Origin: Paraspadella gotoi
Taxonomy: Eukaryota > Animalia > Chaetognatha
DNA length: 64,000 bases
Reading direction: 5' to 3'
NCBI GenBank assembly: GCA_051294375.1
Contig: CM119269.1
Location: 11,638,883 to 11,702,882, forward strand
Made by a program: the position numbers and the translations under genes. The number at the start of each line of letters is the position of its first letter. The first letter of the stretch is position 1. The notes below the pieces were generated by a model. It was not told the origin of the DNA. It searched no databases and saw nothing but the letters and a program-made list of their open reading frames with translations. Below are positions 11,787-23,673 of this stretch, piece by piece.

Positions 11787-11858
11787 GCGGCCATTGGTGC
11801 CGGAGGCAAGTCATTCGCCTCCCAACCCAAAGGTCCGGGGTTCTAGCCCAGTGGTCGC
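11787..11858 (+). promoter_or_regulatory. tRNA(Gly-CCC)-like segment with A/B boxes inside family A LTR
   Basis: Acceptor-like stem GCGGCCA/TGGTCGC, TGGTGCCGGAGG, CTCCCAA loop, GGTTCTAGCCC. Anticodon stem does not pair. Confidence 0.6.
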
Positions 11859-11861
11859 CTG

Positions 11862-11935
11862 GTAGTTAAGAGGGACGGGGCCCTTAACCCGCCTGTAATA
11901 TGGTGTTACAGCCTGATCCGAAGCTCAGGGACTGC
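11862..11935 (+). ncRNA. Type-P5 twister ribozyme-like motif (family A, 3' LTR)
   Basis: GTAGTT..GAGG GA CGG GGCCCT TAA CCC GC CTGTAA..TTACAG CCTGA TCCGAAGC TCAGG GACTGC. Predicted cut 11885/11886. Confidence 0.75.
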
Positions 11936-13285
11936 TTATATAGAACGGTTCTGTCACTAACACATAACAATAATTACTGTCTCTTCACCATCTCTATTAT
12001 TAAAACCAGAAACCTGAGTAACAATATCAGTTATATCTCTTATTAAACATTCAACCAATTGAGTATGACTTGGAAATGTAGGAAGTATAAGCTTTTCTTT
12101 TTCAATATTTTTAAGCTCTGACAGTTCTGCCTTGGGAATTTTATTTTCCCGTGGGCAAGAGCACTCAGTATGCGCTTTTTCCACGCAATTTTCATCACAT
12201 TCAACGGTTTCATCATCACAGCTTTAAATGAAACACAGCGGAGTACATTAAATAAACACTTCAAGCGATAATCAAAACATTTTTTCGAAATTCCATTCTT
12301 TAGAAATCCAGAGACAAACAGAATCTTCGTTCATAACAGCAAGAGAAGTATTAGTTTTTTTGGCATAGCGCAATAATTTCACTTGACAAGCTAAAAAAAC
12401 AGATCCAGTATTCTACCTTCTTTCCTAAATTAAATAAATATCTCATATTTTAATAATATAATTTATGATGTATTAAGCTGCTGGTTATTTTTTTTTTAAA
12501 TCACTTTTGAGAGATAAACTGTAACTGTTGAACCTTTTTATACAAATAATACTTAAATCGTCCCCAAAAAATCTTATTTAGTTAAATATTAATAAAACGT
12601 TTATCAAAAATATATTAAAATACTAATGTAATTATAACACTGGATAAACAACGATATTACTCCTTGTTTTAAAAGACATGCATCAAATAATGGTAAATCA
12701 AAACTTGGCGAAGGTTTGGAAGATACAATAACTGGATTAATGGGTAATCTTAGAGTTTTTTTAACTTTCGGCATTATGAGCTACAGTTATATACAAACTA
12801 TGAAGAAATAAATGTCTTACGTAATATTCATAGTAAAAAAATTCAAGGTTTAAGAGTATCGCTGCATACGTCGGAGGAGTAAACTTGAATCCGCGATTCT
12901 CAGATTTCGACCAATCAGAAACCTCGATCGAGTCGGAGATTTAAGCAGACGACAAACACAGAGGACTCGGAATTTCAATGTTGGATTATAACCTTCGTGA
13001 CGTTTTTACGTGAACAGAATCGGTTAGCGATTAAAATTGTTTGGAAATCGGTTGATTAGATTAAAAAATAGTAAAACCAAAATATTAAGAGGACTCGAAA
13101 TAGTTTAATTCAAATTATGTACTTATAATCCGCGCTAATAATCAATTAGTGAAACAGGTTTTTAGTCGGATCTGCTTATAAGCAGATCTCGACTCTATAA
13201 TTCAATTTGTCGGTCCGTCGGTCCGTCCCCTCAATCTTGTCGGCCATTGACATATATCAAGTCAGAATATCGATTTATGATAAAT

Positions 13286-13519
13286 TGAAGAGACATTAAT
13301 TATTTATAAGTGTTAATTACAGAACCGTTCAATGTAAGCAGTCCCTGAGCTTCGGATCAGGCTGTAACACTGTGTTACAGGCGGGTTAAGCGCCCCGTCC
13401 CTCTTAACTGCTAGGCGGCCACCGGGCTAGAACCCCGGACCTTTGGGTTGGGAGGCGAATGACTTGCCTCCGGCACCAATGGCCGCTGATGAACGGTTGG
13501 TGGATTTTAGTCCACCATA
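13286..13519 (-). mobile_element. Solo LTR, family A
   Basis: Reverse complement of the 11754-11987 LTR with identical boundaries; AAAT TSD at 13282-13285 and 13520-13523. Confidence 0.9.
13338..13411 (-). ncRNA. Type-P5 twister ribozyme-like motif (intact copy)
   Basis: Minus strand GCAGTTAAGAGGGACGGGGCGCTTAACCCGCCTGTAACACAGTGTTACAGCCTGATCCGAAGCTCAGGGACTGC. Confidence 0.78.
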
Positions 13520-13614
13520 AAATTATGCATTGTGATTAACCTTTGTTTCGTTGTGTTTTAAGATGTTTGAAATTAAAGACAAAGACTTGATACATCAACG
13601 ATTTTATTTTTATT

Positions 13615-13668
13615 GTTCAGACAAGTTTCGGCTTTCATTCAAGCCTCATCAGTGCTTTGAAATTCACA
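13615..13668 (-). ncRNA. Minimal type I hammerhead ribozyme
   Basis: Minus strand CTGATGA GGCTT gaatga AAGCC GAAAC TTGTC. Confidence 0.75.
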
Positions 13669-13715
13669 ATTTTCATGTTTTCCAAATTGACTTTGGGGGG
13701 GAGAGAGAGAGAGAG

Positions 13716-13773
<58 letters not shown>

Positions 13774-13832
13774 AATTACCAACTAAGATGTGAGACAGGA
13801 CAGTGGTGAAATGTGAGGACAGGTTTAAGTTG

Positions 13833-13874
<42 letters not shown>

Positions 13875-14265
13875 TGAGGGAAAGAAAATAAAAGAAAATA
13901 ACTATCCCTCAACATCTTTATTTCCATTTCATCTAAATTTCACTTCTTATCATTTAATCTGAATTAATTTAAATATTTTAGTTTGTTTAAGTCTGTTTAC
14001 TTATTTATTAAATTTACTATTGTTGTACATTATCTAATGTAATTTTTCTTACAAATGTTAACCTCTGCTTCTCTGTCTCTCTCTCTCTCTCTCTCTACCA
14101 ACTTTAAACCTGCTCTACATTTCACCACTGTTCCTATCTCACATCTTTGTTGGCCATTTCTTCTCTCTCTCTCTCTCTCTCTCTCTGGCCTCGTTCTTCC
14201 CTCTCTCTCTCTCTCTCTCTCTCTCCCAAAGTCAATTTGGAAAGCATAAAAATTGTGAATTTTCA

Positions 14266-14309
14266 AAGCACTGATGAAGGCTTGAATGAAAGCCGAAACT
14301 TGTCTGAAC
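14266..14309 (+). ncRNA. Minimal type I hammerhead ribozyme
   Basis: CTGATGA A GGCTT gaatga AAGCC GAAAC TTGTC; stem I weak. Confidence 0.7.
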
Positions 14310-14337
14310 AATAAAAGACTTTGTCTTTAATTTCAAA

Positions 14338-16742
14338 GATAAATTATGCAAAAAAAAGATGTCCGTCCATCCGTCTGTCTGTCTGTTGGTCCGTCTGTCT
14401 GTCTGTTCATCTGTCTATCTGTTTGTCCGTCCATCCCACCTTAGCAAAAAACTCCAATTACTCGTGATTGGATGGATGGATTGGAATTAATTATTCAATC
14501 TATCAATTTATTTATCAATTAATTAATTATTTAATAAATAAATCAATACAGTCAATCGTTATCAGCTTTATTGTCATCGTCGCCATCATCGTCGTCGTTG
14601 CTTTTGTCATTGTAAGTGACGAAAAGACCTAAAAACAAACATTTCAGATCAATTTGATTAATATTTATATTTATATATGATTATACATGACATCGTGGAT
14701 ATTTAATCAGTGACTTACTTAATAGTTTGAAGGCTACTTGACTGGCTTCTTGGTAAGACTAATGAACTAGAGAGTATAGACCTATGAAAAGATAGCAATT
14801 ACATGTTATTATCTTAATGAGTGCTAAACCTAAGTGTTTAGCTAGCAAGGGCATAGTGGTTAAAACCGACCTTTGTAATCCTAGCTGACTAAGGGATAAT
14901 TCTCTGAGAATATATTTCTCTTACTAAACATAGAAAAGTCAGCTGGAATCACAAGAATAATTGAAGTAGTAAACTAGCATTTATGATAATTAAATCATTA
15001 ATTATTTAGCTATTAATTGAAACACAAATAAACATGATCATTTACTAATGTAAGATATTAATACTTATTAAAAATAAATATTTATAAATATAAATATATT
15101 TATATTAATATTAATTAATTACCGCTAATGATTGTGCGAGTGGAAATAAGTTTAAATGGAAAAAACAAAAGTCATATTTACTTGAAGCATTTTTATTTAT
15201 ATTTACTCATAATTATTATATTAATTAAAAATTGGATAGATAAATTGAAATGAAATTTTGTGGGTGGGTAGGAAACTATTAAGCTGGATATAAGTTTTTG
15301 ATGGAATGATAGGAGTTTAAAACAGAAAACCAAAAGACACATTTATATCAATTTTTAAAAGTTTCTCTCTATCTCTCTCTATCTCTCTCTGATTGATTGA
15401 TTGACTGATTGATTGATTGACCTAATTATGCCAATTGACCAAAATATGCCAATTGACCAAATTATGCCGGTTGACCAAATTTTGCAGTTGAGCAAATTAT
15501 GTCAGTTGACCAAATTATGCTAGTTGACCATATTATGTCAGTTGACCAAATTATGCAAGTTGGTATTGGCACAGCTACTGGTAATGATTGATGGATCAAT
15601 TGATTTATAATTTTTTTCATAGATTTATTAAGAAGTCTGTTATGATTTTTTATAATCACAAATTAAGAATCAGAAAAATTACCATGATATATCATCGGAT
15701 TAGCTTATTACCGCTTAATTATCGTAGGCAGATCCGACATTGTTTGCTCAAACTTGTTTTTTTCCATTTAAACTCATTTTCATTTAGATGATTCTATCGA
15801 AACTTGATTTCCAGCTTAATCACACACTTTCCTACCCACATACAAAATTTCAAGTCAATCGTCCCATTCACTCATGGCGTTCAAATAGTGAAATATATTT
15901 TTTTGTTTTTTCCATTTAAACTCATTTCCACTTGCACGATTCCATCGAAACTTCATATCTATCTCAATCACGCTCTTCCCTAGCCACACACAAAATTTCA
16001 TTCCAATCCTCGATCCTCATCCTCCTCTTCCCCTCCCTCTCCCGAGGATCCGTCCTTTTTAGTCCACTCAATAAACATTACCGTTGCGATATATGTCTTT
16101 TTCTTCAGCAATCCATCCATCCAATTAGAGTAATTGGAGTTTTTTGCTAAGGTGGGACAGACAGACGGACGGACAGACAGACGGACGGACATCGTTTATT
16201 TTGCATAATTTATCATAATTCGATGTTCTGACATGATATAATTATATGTGAATGCCCAACAAGATTGAGGGGGCAGACCGACGGACCGACAAAGTGAATT
16301 ATAGAGTCGGGATCTGCTTATAAGCAGATCCGACTAAAAAACATAATCAAATAGTGAAATATATTTTTTTTCCCCATTTTAATTCATTTCCACTTGGACG
16401 ATTCCGTCGAAACTTTATTACCTGCTCAATCACACACTTTCCTACCCATAATAAAAGAAATTGAAGTCAATCGCACCATTCACTCATGAGTAATTGGTGT
16501 TCGAATAGTGAAATATATGTTTTTGTTTTTTCCAGCTCAATCACACACTTTCCTACCCACACACAAAATTTCATTCCTGTCCATCCATCAAATCACGAGT
16601 AATTGGTGTTTTTTGCTAAGGTGGGACGGACGGACAGAAAGACAGACAGACAGACGGACATCATTTTTTTCCATAATTTATCATAATTCGATGTTCTGAC
16701 ATGATATAAGTGAGTGCCCGACAAGATTGAGGGGGCGGACCG
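14338..16742. repeat. Helentron/DINE-1-like repeat copies in both orientations
   Basis: Same terminal motifs (GCAGATCCGACATTGTTTGCTCAAACTTGTT; GGATCTGCTTATAAGCAGATCC) and GACG/GACA microsatellites as at 2578-4580. Confidence 0.55.
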
Positions 16743-17517
16743 TTATTAGATCATAATCAAAATCAAAATCACTTTTGACTACGAACCTTTGATCCAATCA
16801 ATTGAGATTAATCAATATCCATGGAATTTGTATGATCAATGTAAAATTTATTCATACAATTAAGATAGTAATCAAGATATTGTAAAACTAATTATCTTAT
16901 TTTTAAAAGAAAAATAATCTATGATAATAATAATAATCATAGTTCCGACTCAGGAACTTTGTTTCTACTGATATTACTTCCGACATCAAACACCCAGGGG
17001 GAGCCGGAGCCGCAGCAAGGACCGCCGATGCGGCAGCGCCGTAACAGTTGATGAAAGCCACGCCCACTCGAGCTGCAGCTTTGGTGTCTAATTCACTTAC
17101 ATCACTTCTTAACACAAGAAAAGAAAAAGAAAAAAGAATTCTTTCATTTTTTCTTTTTGGTGGCGAAGCGCCGCAGCGGAGCAGCAGTGGAGCCGCAGCG
17201 GAGCAGCGGCGCAGCGCCCTCTCCATCGTCATTAGGCAAAAAACTTTGTCATGACAAAAGATCAATTCTGAGACGAAGGAATCATTAAAATAGAAAAAGT
17301 CAATTATGTCCCGCTTTAACAGAGTCTCTCTTCTCTCTTTCTCTTCTCTCTCTCTCTCTCCTCTCCTCTCTTCCTCTCTCTCTCCTCTCTCTTCTCTCTC
17401 TCTATTTCCTTCTCTTTCTGTCTCTCTCTCTGTCGACTCTCTTAAACTCATATCGAATTCCTTCCATATTTTTCTCCCATCATCTTTCTCTCGCTTTTCT
17501 TCCTTTTCCTATCTCTC

Positions 17518-17580
<63 letters not shown>

Positions 17581-18471
17581 CTCTCCTCCCTCTCTCTCTC
17601 TCTCACTCTGCTTAAACCCGTCTGGCCGCCCATTTCTTGTTTTATTTGCCCCGTCGCCATGGCAACTCGGCAACGCCGCCCACTCCTCCTCCCCCTTCCC
17701 GGCGTCGAGCCACGCCCACATTCCCGGCGTGAGTCGGCGTCATTGCAGTCTTCGTTCGGGTCGGCGTCGTCGTCATCGTCGTCGTCGTCGTCGTCTCTGT
17801 CCAACTCGGCATCTCCAAGTCGTCGTCGTTCACGTTGTCCTTGACGTCTTCGTCGTCTTCATTATCGTCGTCTTCATCATCGTCGTCATAATATCCGTCG
17901 CTTTGATCGTCATCGTTGTCTTTGTTATTGTCGTCGTCTTCTTCGTCGTCGCCATGGTCGTCATCGTTGTCGTCACATTCCTCATCGTCGTCTTCATCAT
18001 CATCGTCGTCGTCTTGGTCACTATGATGTCATAATCTTCTTCTCTCAAGGACGAACAGCCAGCGTTTGACGAACTCATTGACTGGGCAGTGGACACCCGG
18101 GGTTCGACTGGGTTTGTGTCCCCGTTCCGGCGTTGGGAGTTCGCAACGTTGGGATGAACAAACCTTTCCATCGTAGATTGTGAAGAAGTTCTTGTAATCA
18201 TTGTGGATTTTAGTCGTCAACTTCTTGATCGACATCATCATAGTTGTAATTGTCGTCATGATCATTGTTGTCATCTTCGTTATGACCGACATTGTCATCA
18301 TCATCATCATCATTTTCGTCTTCAGCGTCGGTATTTACGTCTTTAATTTTGTCAACATCATTGTCATCGTGTCATCGTCAAACTGTCATCGTTAGCAAAG
18401 TCTTTCCTGTCATTGTCTTCGTCTTCGTAGGCGTCATCATCGGTAGGAAGTTTGTGGGAGGGGGAAATGGC

Positions 18472-18598
<127 letters not shown>

Positions 18599-19052
18599 CG
18601 CGGAGACGGGAAACTCACTGACGGAAGAACGAGGGGCGTGGTCCGGACGGAGGAGGAGGAAGAGGAGTAGGAGGGGAGGAGAAAAAAAAGAGATGGAAAA
18701 AGAAGACGCCCACTTCGAAGCCAACTACCGGGATGAGAGAAGAATAAGGAAAAAAAGAAAGAAAATAAGGATAAAAAGAAAAGAAATAAAGGAAATAAAT
18801 ATGACCTGATATATGAAGATGAAAATGTAATAAGGAGAAAATTCGGAGCGGAATCAAATCGGTTTATCATTAGAGTTTCTCACCAGATTCTGTCCAAAGT
18901 CAGGAGTCGAGATAAAAGCTTATTTATTGAATGAATTAGTTACTTTTTATTATTTGTACCAATTTTATGACAGAGCAGAGTACAATATGATTCCACGACC
19001 TAATAGTTAAAGGTGTATTTTTTTTATATAGTTTTAACAGTTTATAAATATA

Positions 19053-19298
19053 TGTAGTCGGGCATTGCCTAGGTTCACCCCACTGAGTAAAGCCATCAGC
19101 TCATGACCACTAGGTACCGAGTTCAATCCCAATCTGATACCTACCCTGCGGGAAGCGTGAGGACGGCCGTAAACCGCCTTGAGGGCGTGGAAAACCCTCA
19201 AGCCTGGTTCCAAGCCCAGGACCCGTTCCATGGCTGATAGAGGGGGTTAAAGAAGTTGCGGATAGCACTCTTCAGCCCCACTTAGCGCCTTTTCCACA
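19053..19298 (+). mobile_element. Solo LTR, family C
   Basis: TGTAGTC...TTCCACA with TATA TSD (19049-19052, 19299-19302); B box AGTTCAATCC; deletion across the A-box region relative to 1941-2207. Confidence 0.85.
19148..19226 (+). ncRNA. Type-P5 twister ribozyme-like motif (family C)
   Basis: GCGGG..GCGT GA GGA CGGCCG TAA ACC GC CTTGAGGG..CCCTCAAG CCTGG TTCCAAGC CCAGG ACCCGT. Predicted cut 19170/19171. Confidence 0.75.
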
Positions 19299-19979
19299 TA
19301 TACTATACCACGACATTGATGGGGCGCTATCAGAGGAAGTCTCAAAATATCCCCCAAGTTATTCGAGCCACATCTTATGACGTCCATTGAGTCATTAACT
19401 TGTCCGGATTAAAATTTAACGAAAATAATTTAAATTTCTTCGTCTGCAAAACTCGATTATAACTTTGGCCGCCGCCGCAGCCACAGGCGCCGCCGCAACC
19501 GCCAACGCAGCCGACGCGGCAGGCGCCAAGGCCTCCACAACCGAGTCACATATCAATATCATCTTCTCCAACACCGTCCATAGTTTATCATTATAATCAT
19601 TATCATCATTATCATCATTATCACCTTAATCATCATCTCCATCCCAAGATTTGATCGCCAATTAAATTATTTAGAGAAACAAAAGGATGATGGATTAGTC
19701 GCCCAGTTGTAATATGTAGTAGTAATAGTAATAGTAATATTACACTGCTGACATATTACTACTCGCCCCTAAACTGAATTGGTTCTAATTTTGGAAACAG
19801 AGACAAATAACTAAAACTACGAAAACCCCAAGTTAGAGGATAGTCAAGGATAGTCAAAGATAGTCAAAGTCTCATTAAATCGACAAGAAATGATCATACT
19901 TGGAATACGAGACGGCATATTTTTTGTCCAAAGTTTATTTTTATAACCATCATCCATAAATATAACTGAGGGATAATTA

Positions 19980-20939
19980 CATGGTGACAATTTTACAAGC
20001 GCCGGTAGAAATACGCTGTCATTTGCTAACCAGTGGTTATTTCATTGATTTTTAAATTTAGTTGGGTAGAAAATACTGAAACTATTTATGTGTTAAAATT
20101 TTATATTGATCAGTTAAGATATGCCTTGACAATGAGTAGAGAAAGTTGGCAAATAAAATCGGGTTTTATTTTCCAACTCACTGTTTTTAGATTCAATTTT
20201 TTTCTCTTACTTTCAGTAAGTTTTCTGAAGAAATTTGAAATAAAATAATATTAATTTTATTATCTTCTGAAAGCCCTTTCAAATCTAAAAAGAATGACGT
20301 ACTTACAAATACTGTAGTATAAAATTTAACTGGCCCAGCTTTAATTTAATTAGGATACTCAAAAACGAGACATCTTTTTAAAAATCAATAGCTGGAGAGT
20401 AAATTTATGATATTTATCAAATTGTGATTGGCTATCTTAAATCTTTTTTCTCAGGCTCTTTCATGATACTTATATAAATAATAATATTTTGTGTTATAAT
20501 ACTTTAAACAGGTCATATATTTTGAAAAAAGATTTAAAATTTTAAATAATTCACTTTTGACACTCTTAATTGAACCAAGGTTGGGCAGTTCACTTTTTAT
20601 GTTAGAGCTTTTGTAAGTATATCATTCTCTTCATATTTTTAGGGGCTTTCTGAGGATATTAATATTGTTAATATTTTAATAAATACTTTGTTTAAAAAGT
20701 GCTAAAAGTTTTAAAAAAATTGAATTTAAAAACAGTGAGTTGGATAAAAAAAAAACCCGATTTTACAAGCCAACTTTCTCCACTCATTGTCAAGGCATAT
20801 CTTAACTGATCAATATAAAATTTTAACACATAAATAGTTTTAGTATTTTCTACTCAACTAATATTTAAAATCAATGAAATAACCACTGGTTTGCAAATGA
20901 CAGCATATTTCTACCGGCGCTTGTAAAATTGTCACCATG
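19980..20939. mobile_element. MITE with long TIRs
   Basis: CATGGTGACAATTTTACAAGCGCCGGTAGAAAT...ATTTCTACCGGCGCTTGTAAAATTGTCACCATG, more than 200 bp of inverted arms, TA flanks. Confidence 0.85.
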
Positions 20940-21093
20940 TAATTTCTCTTCTCAACACAGTTGTTTCCAAATTTGATCTTTCTTTTTTTTTCTTTCTTTT
21001 TTTTTTTCTTCAGAGAAGAAAAGTTAAATGCAAAAAGTCTATTTCTTTCATACAAGTTTTTTCTTTCTTTTTTTACTTTCTTCTGTAATATTT

Positions 21094-21148
<55 letters not shown>

Positions 21149-21613
21149 CTCCTTATTTCTTTCTTTCTTTCTTTCTCTCTTCCTTTCTTTTAGCCCTTAT
21201 TTTTCTCCCCATCTCTTTTTTGGATTTTTCCTCTTTTTCACTCTCTTTTTCTTATTCTTTCTTTCTCTCTTTCTTTCTTTCCTTCTTTCTTTCTTTCTCT
21301 CCTTCTTCCTTTTTCTTTCTGTTTCTTTCTCTCCTTCTTTCTTTTTCTTTATCCTTCTTTCTCCCATCGAGTTCTTTCCCTCCGAACCGAGAATCATTAT
21401 CTCTTTTCCTTTTACCTTGATGTCGTCTTGGTCACGTGGTTCTTCCTTGACACGCCCCCTTTGGTGGGCGTGGCTGCCTTCGACGCTCAGACCGGAAGTG
21501 GCGTTCGGAGCCAAGCAACTGGCGGAAGAGGAGCCAGCGTTGGGGGCGGGGCACATGGCACAGAGAGATAGAGAGCGAGAGATGGGAGGGAACGAAGAGA
21601 GAACGCTGAGAGA

Positions 21614-21676
<63 letters not shown>

Positions 21677-22754
21677 TTTTTTTTTAAATGGAGATGATCC
21701 TTGGAGGAAAAAAAAGAGAATCTAATGTTTATAGCGACAAAGAAGAAGTTGCACAAATAATGTATTTCATTACTATATACTAAATTTTTTCACAGTCAAG
21801 TTTAATTTAGTAGCTGAGAAATTGTAAAAATATAGCAAAGAATTGTGTAGCTCAGTTAAATGCAGCATCAAAGCCAAACGAGCAATTCAAAAGAAAGAAA
21901 ATGAAATAAACATATTCACAATTATAAATGTCTGAAATTCTCACTATGGAACAAATAATTTTCTCCTTTCCAAATTTGACGATAAAACCCCAAAGTAAAA
22001 TCAATAAAAAGTTCGCTTGTTATTCGAGGACTCGAAGTAAAAATCGCGTTTATTTATTTATTATTTTGTTAAGTTAGTCACCGGATTTTCACAAAGTCTT
22101 TCTCGTCAGACGCAGAAAAATGCAGAGCGAATCGAATCTCAATTTCGCGGCGCGGATTTGGCGGAAAAGGCGCTCGAATGACGACGACGAAGACGACGAT
22201 GACGATGACGACCACGACGAAAAAAACGGAAGAGGCGCCGCGTTGCGTCGAACGGCGCTCACCTCGACGCCGCGAAACAAATAACAACGAAAAAACGACG
22301 AACGTTAATTGGTCGAAACCTTTTTCCCTTCCGCTCATTGGTTGGAAAGCGCGTTAACAATTCGAATCTGATTGGTCGACGTAAAAGATTACCGCTGACT
22401 GAAAGAACGAATGAAAGATTTTGATTGGATAAAATTAAAAGAAAGTTGTCTCGAGCAGAACTATTAAATTTTACGATTATGTTTAGCTATGATATATATT
22501 TTTGATCCTTTTATAGAAAAACTCGAGAAGCATTATTAAGTCGTTCACAAGTCATAAAGACCGTTTTAATAATATTATTTTTTATTTTTTAAACTAACGA
22601 AGTAGTCGGCAATTTTATGCCTTCGAGATGCGAGGTTATCCAAAAAAATATCTCGTTTCAACTGAAAACTCGATACTTTGAAATTCGAACCCACAACGCT
22701 GCGAATATTGATAACACAATAACGTGGGGAGAGGGGAGTTGGGAGAGAAAGAGA

Positions 22755-22825
<71 letters not shown>

Positions 22826-23673
22826 AATCGTTACAATAACTCACCATATTAACCGTATTAACCATAATATTTATACTGGTAAAGGTGTTTAACGTTAATA
22901 ACTTCATTTATAATGACAGACAATTAAAGATTAACGACGTTTAACGACAAAGCATACTAATTCTTTTTTTTTAATGAAAGGCGGAAAAAAATGTAAAATA
23001 GGAAACCTGGTGTCATCACAGTTATTCACATATATCACACCCTTCATAGGCAATGAACAAGTCTTATTCACATCAGATAATTTCTAAACTAGTCAACAAG
23101 TCAATTTTTGAAGATGTCATATTCATATAAATCATTTTATATCAATTTAGTATAAGCCAAATTTCTATCTTTCATCTTTAAAAACAGTGGTTTCTCTGCT
23201 TTTGTTTTTTCGACTGTGAGGTACTTATTTTTTTTAAGAGGGCATTACTATCAAGATTAAAAAAAAACAAAAGGCTAAACTAATATAGATCCATGAAAAA
23301 ATTAAGACTTAGAAGTTTCTTGCATCTCTTAGTGCTCTTGTTTTCACGGTTCTGAAACCAAAACGCTAAATAAGAAATACTTCGTTAAACTATATCTAAC
23401 TCTATACAATTTGATTAGCTCTTCATACCCAAAAATAATAAACTAATAGCACAGAGGAGAATTGTAATTAATGATCAATGCAAAGAGATACTTAAACATC
23501 AAACATGAAGAATGATATTCAAAAATCTTTAAACGATAGCAAAATATTTAAAATGAATTCTATAAACAGGAGTCGTTGGTAAAAATTATATTTAAGGTCA
23601 AGATTAACAAAAAGTATGATTCGGCGACTGTTTAAATAAAAACCTTAACTAAAAACCTTATCGTTCAATGAAT

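Larger units (their letters stand above)
11338..11987 (+). mobile_element. Complete miniature LTR retrotransposon (TRIM), family A
   Basis: LTRs 11338-11567 and 11754-11987 (TATGG..TTCA), PBS-like TAGTGAGCCCGA at 11569, PPT GGGAGGGGGGGA at 11740-11751, CCAT TSD at 11334-11337 and 11988-11991. Confidence 0.9.
11250..12130 (-). pseudogene. DNA transposase C-terminal remnant (hAT/hATm-like), interrupted by the TRIM
   Basis: FPSHTQLVECLIRDITDIVTQVSGFNNRDG continues as YI*ERISSHTAVPEADTKKIF once 11338-11991 is removed; resembles the PCHTQAVER...RDGFIR transposase C-terminus. Superfamily call is tentative. Confidence 0.5.
13530..14337. mobile_element. Penelope-like inverted pLTR element (non-coding)
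   Basis: Inverted arms ~13566-13870 and ~14065-14337, ~35-nt unpaired tail at left. TSD GATAAATTATGCA (left copy split by the solo LTR; right copy 14338-14350). Homologous to the pLTR at 35790-36280. Confidence 0.75.

Noticed and set aside
11338-11987. Tandem tRNA-derived SINEs
   Set aside because: Fixed ends without a tail, a leader before the tRNA part, PBS and PPT between the copies, and 4-bp TSDs indicate LTRs.
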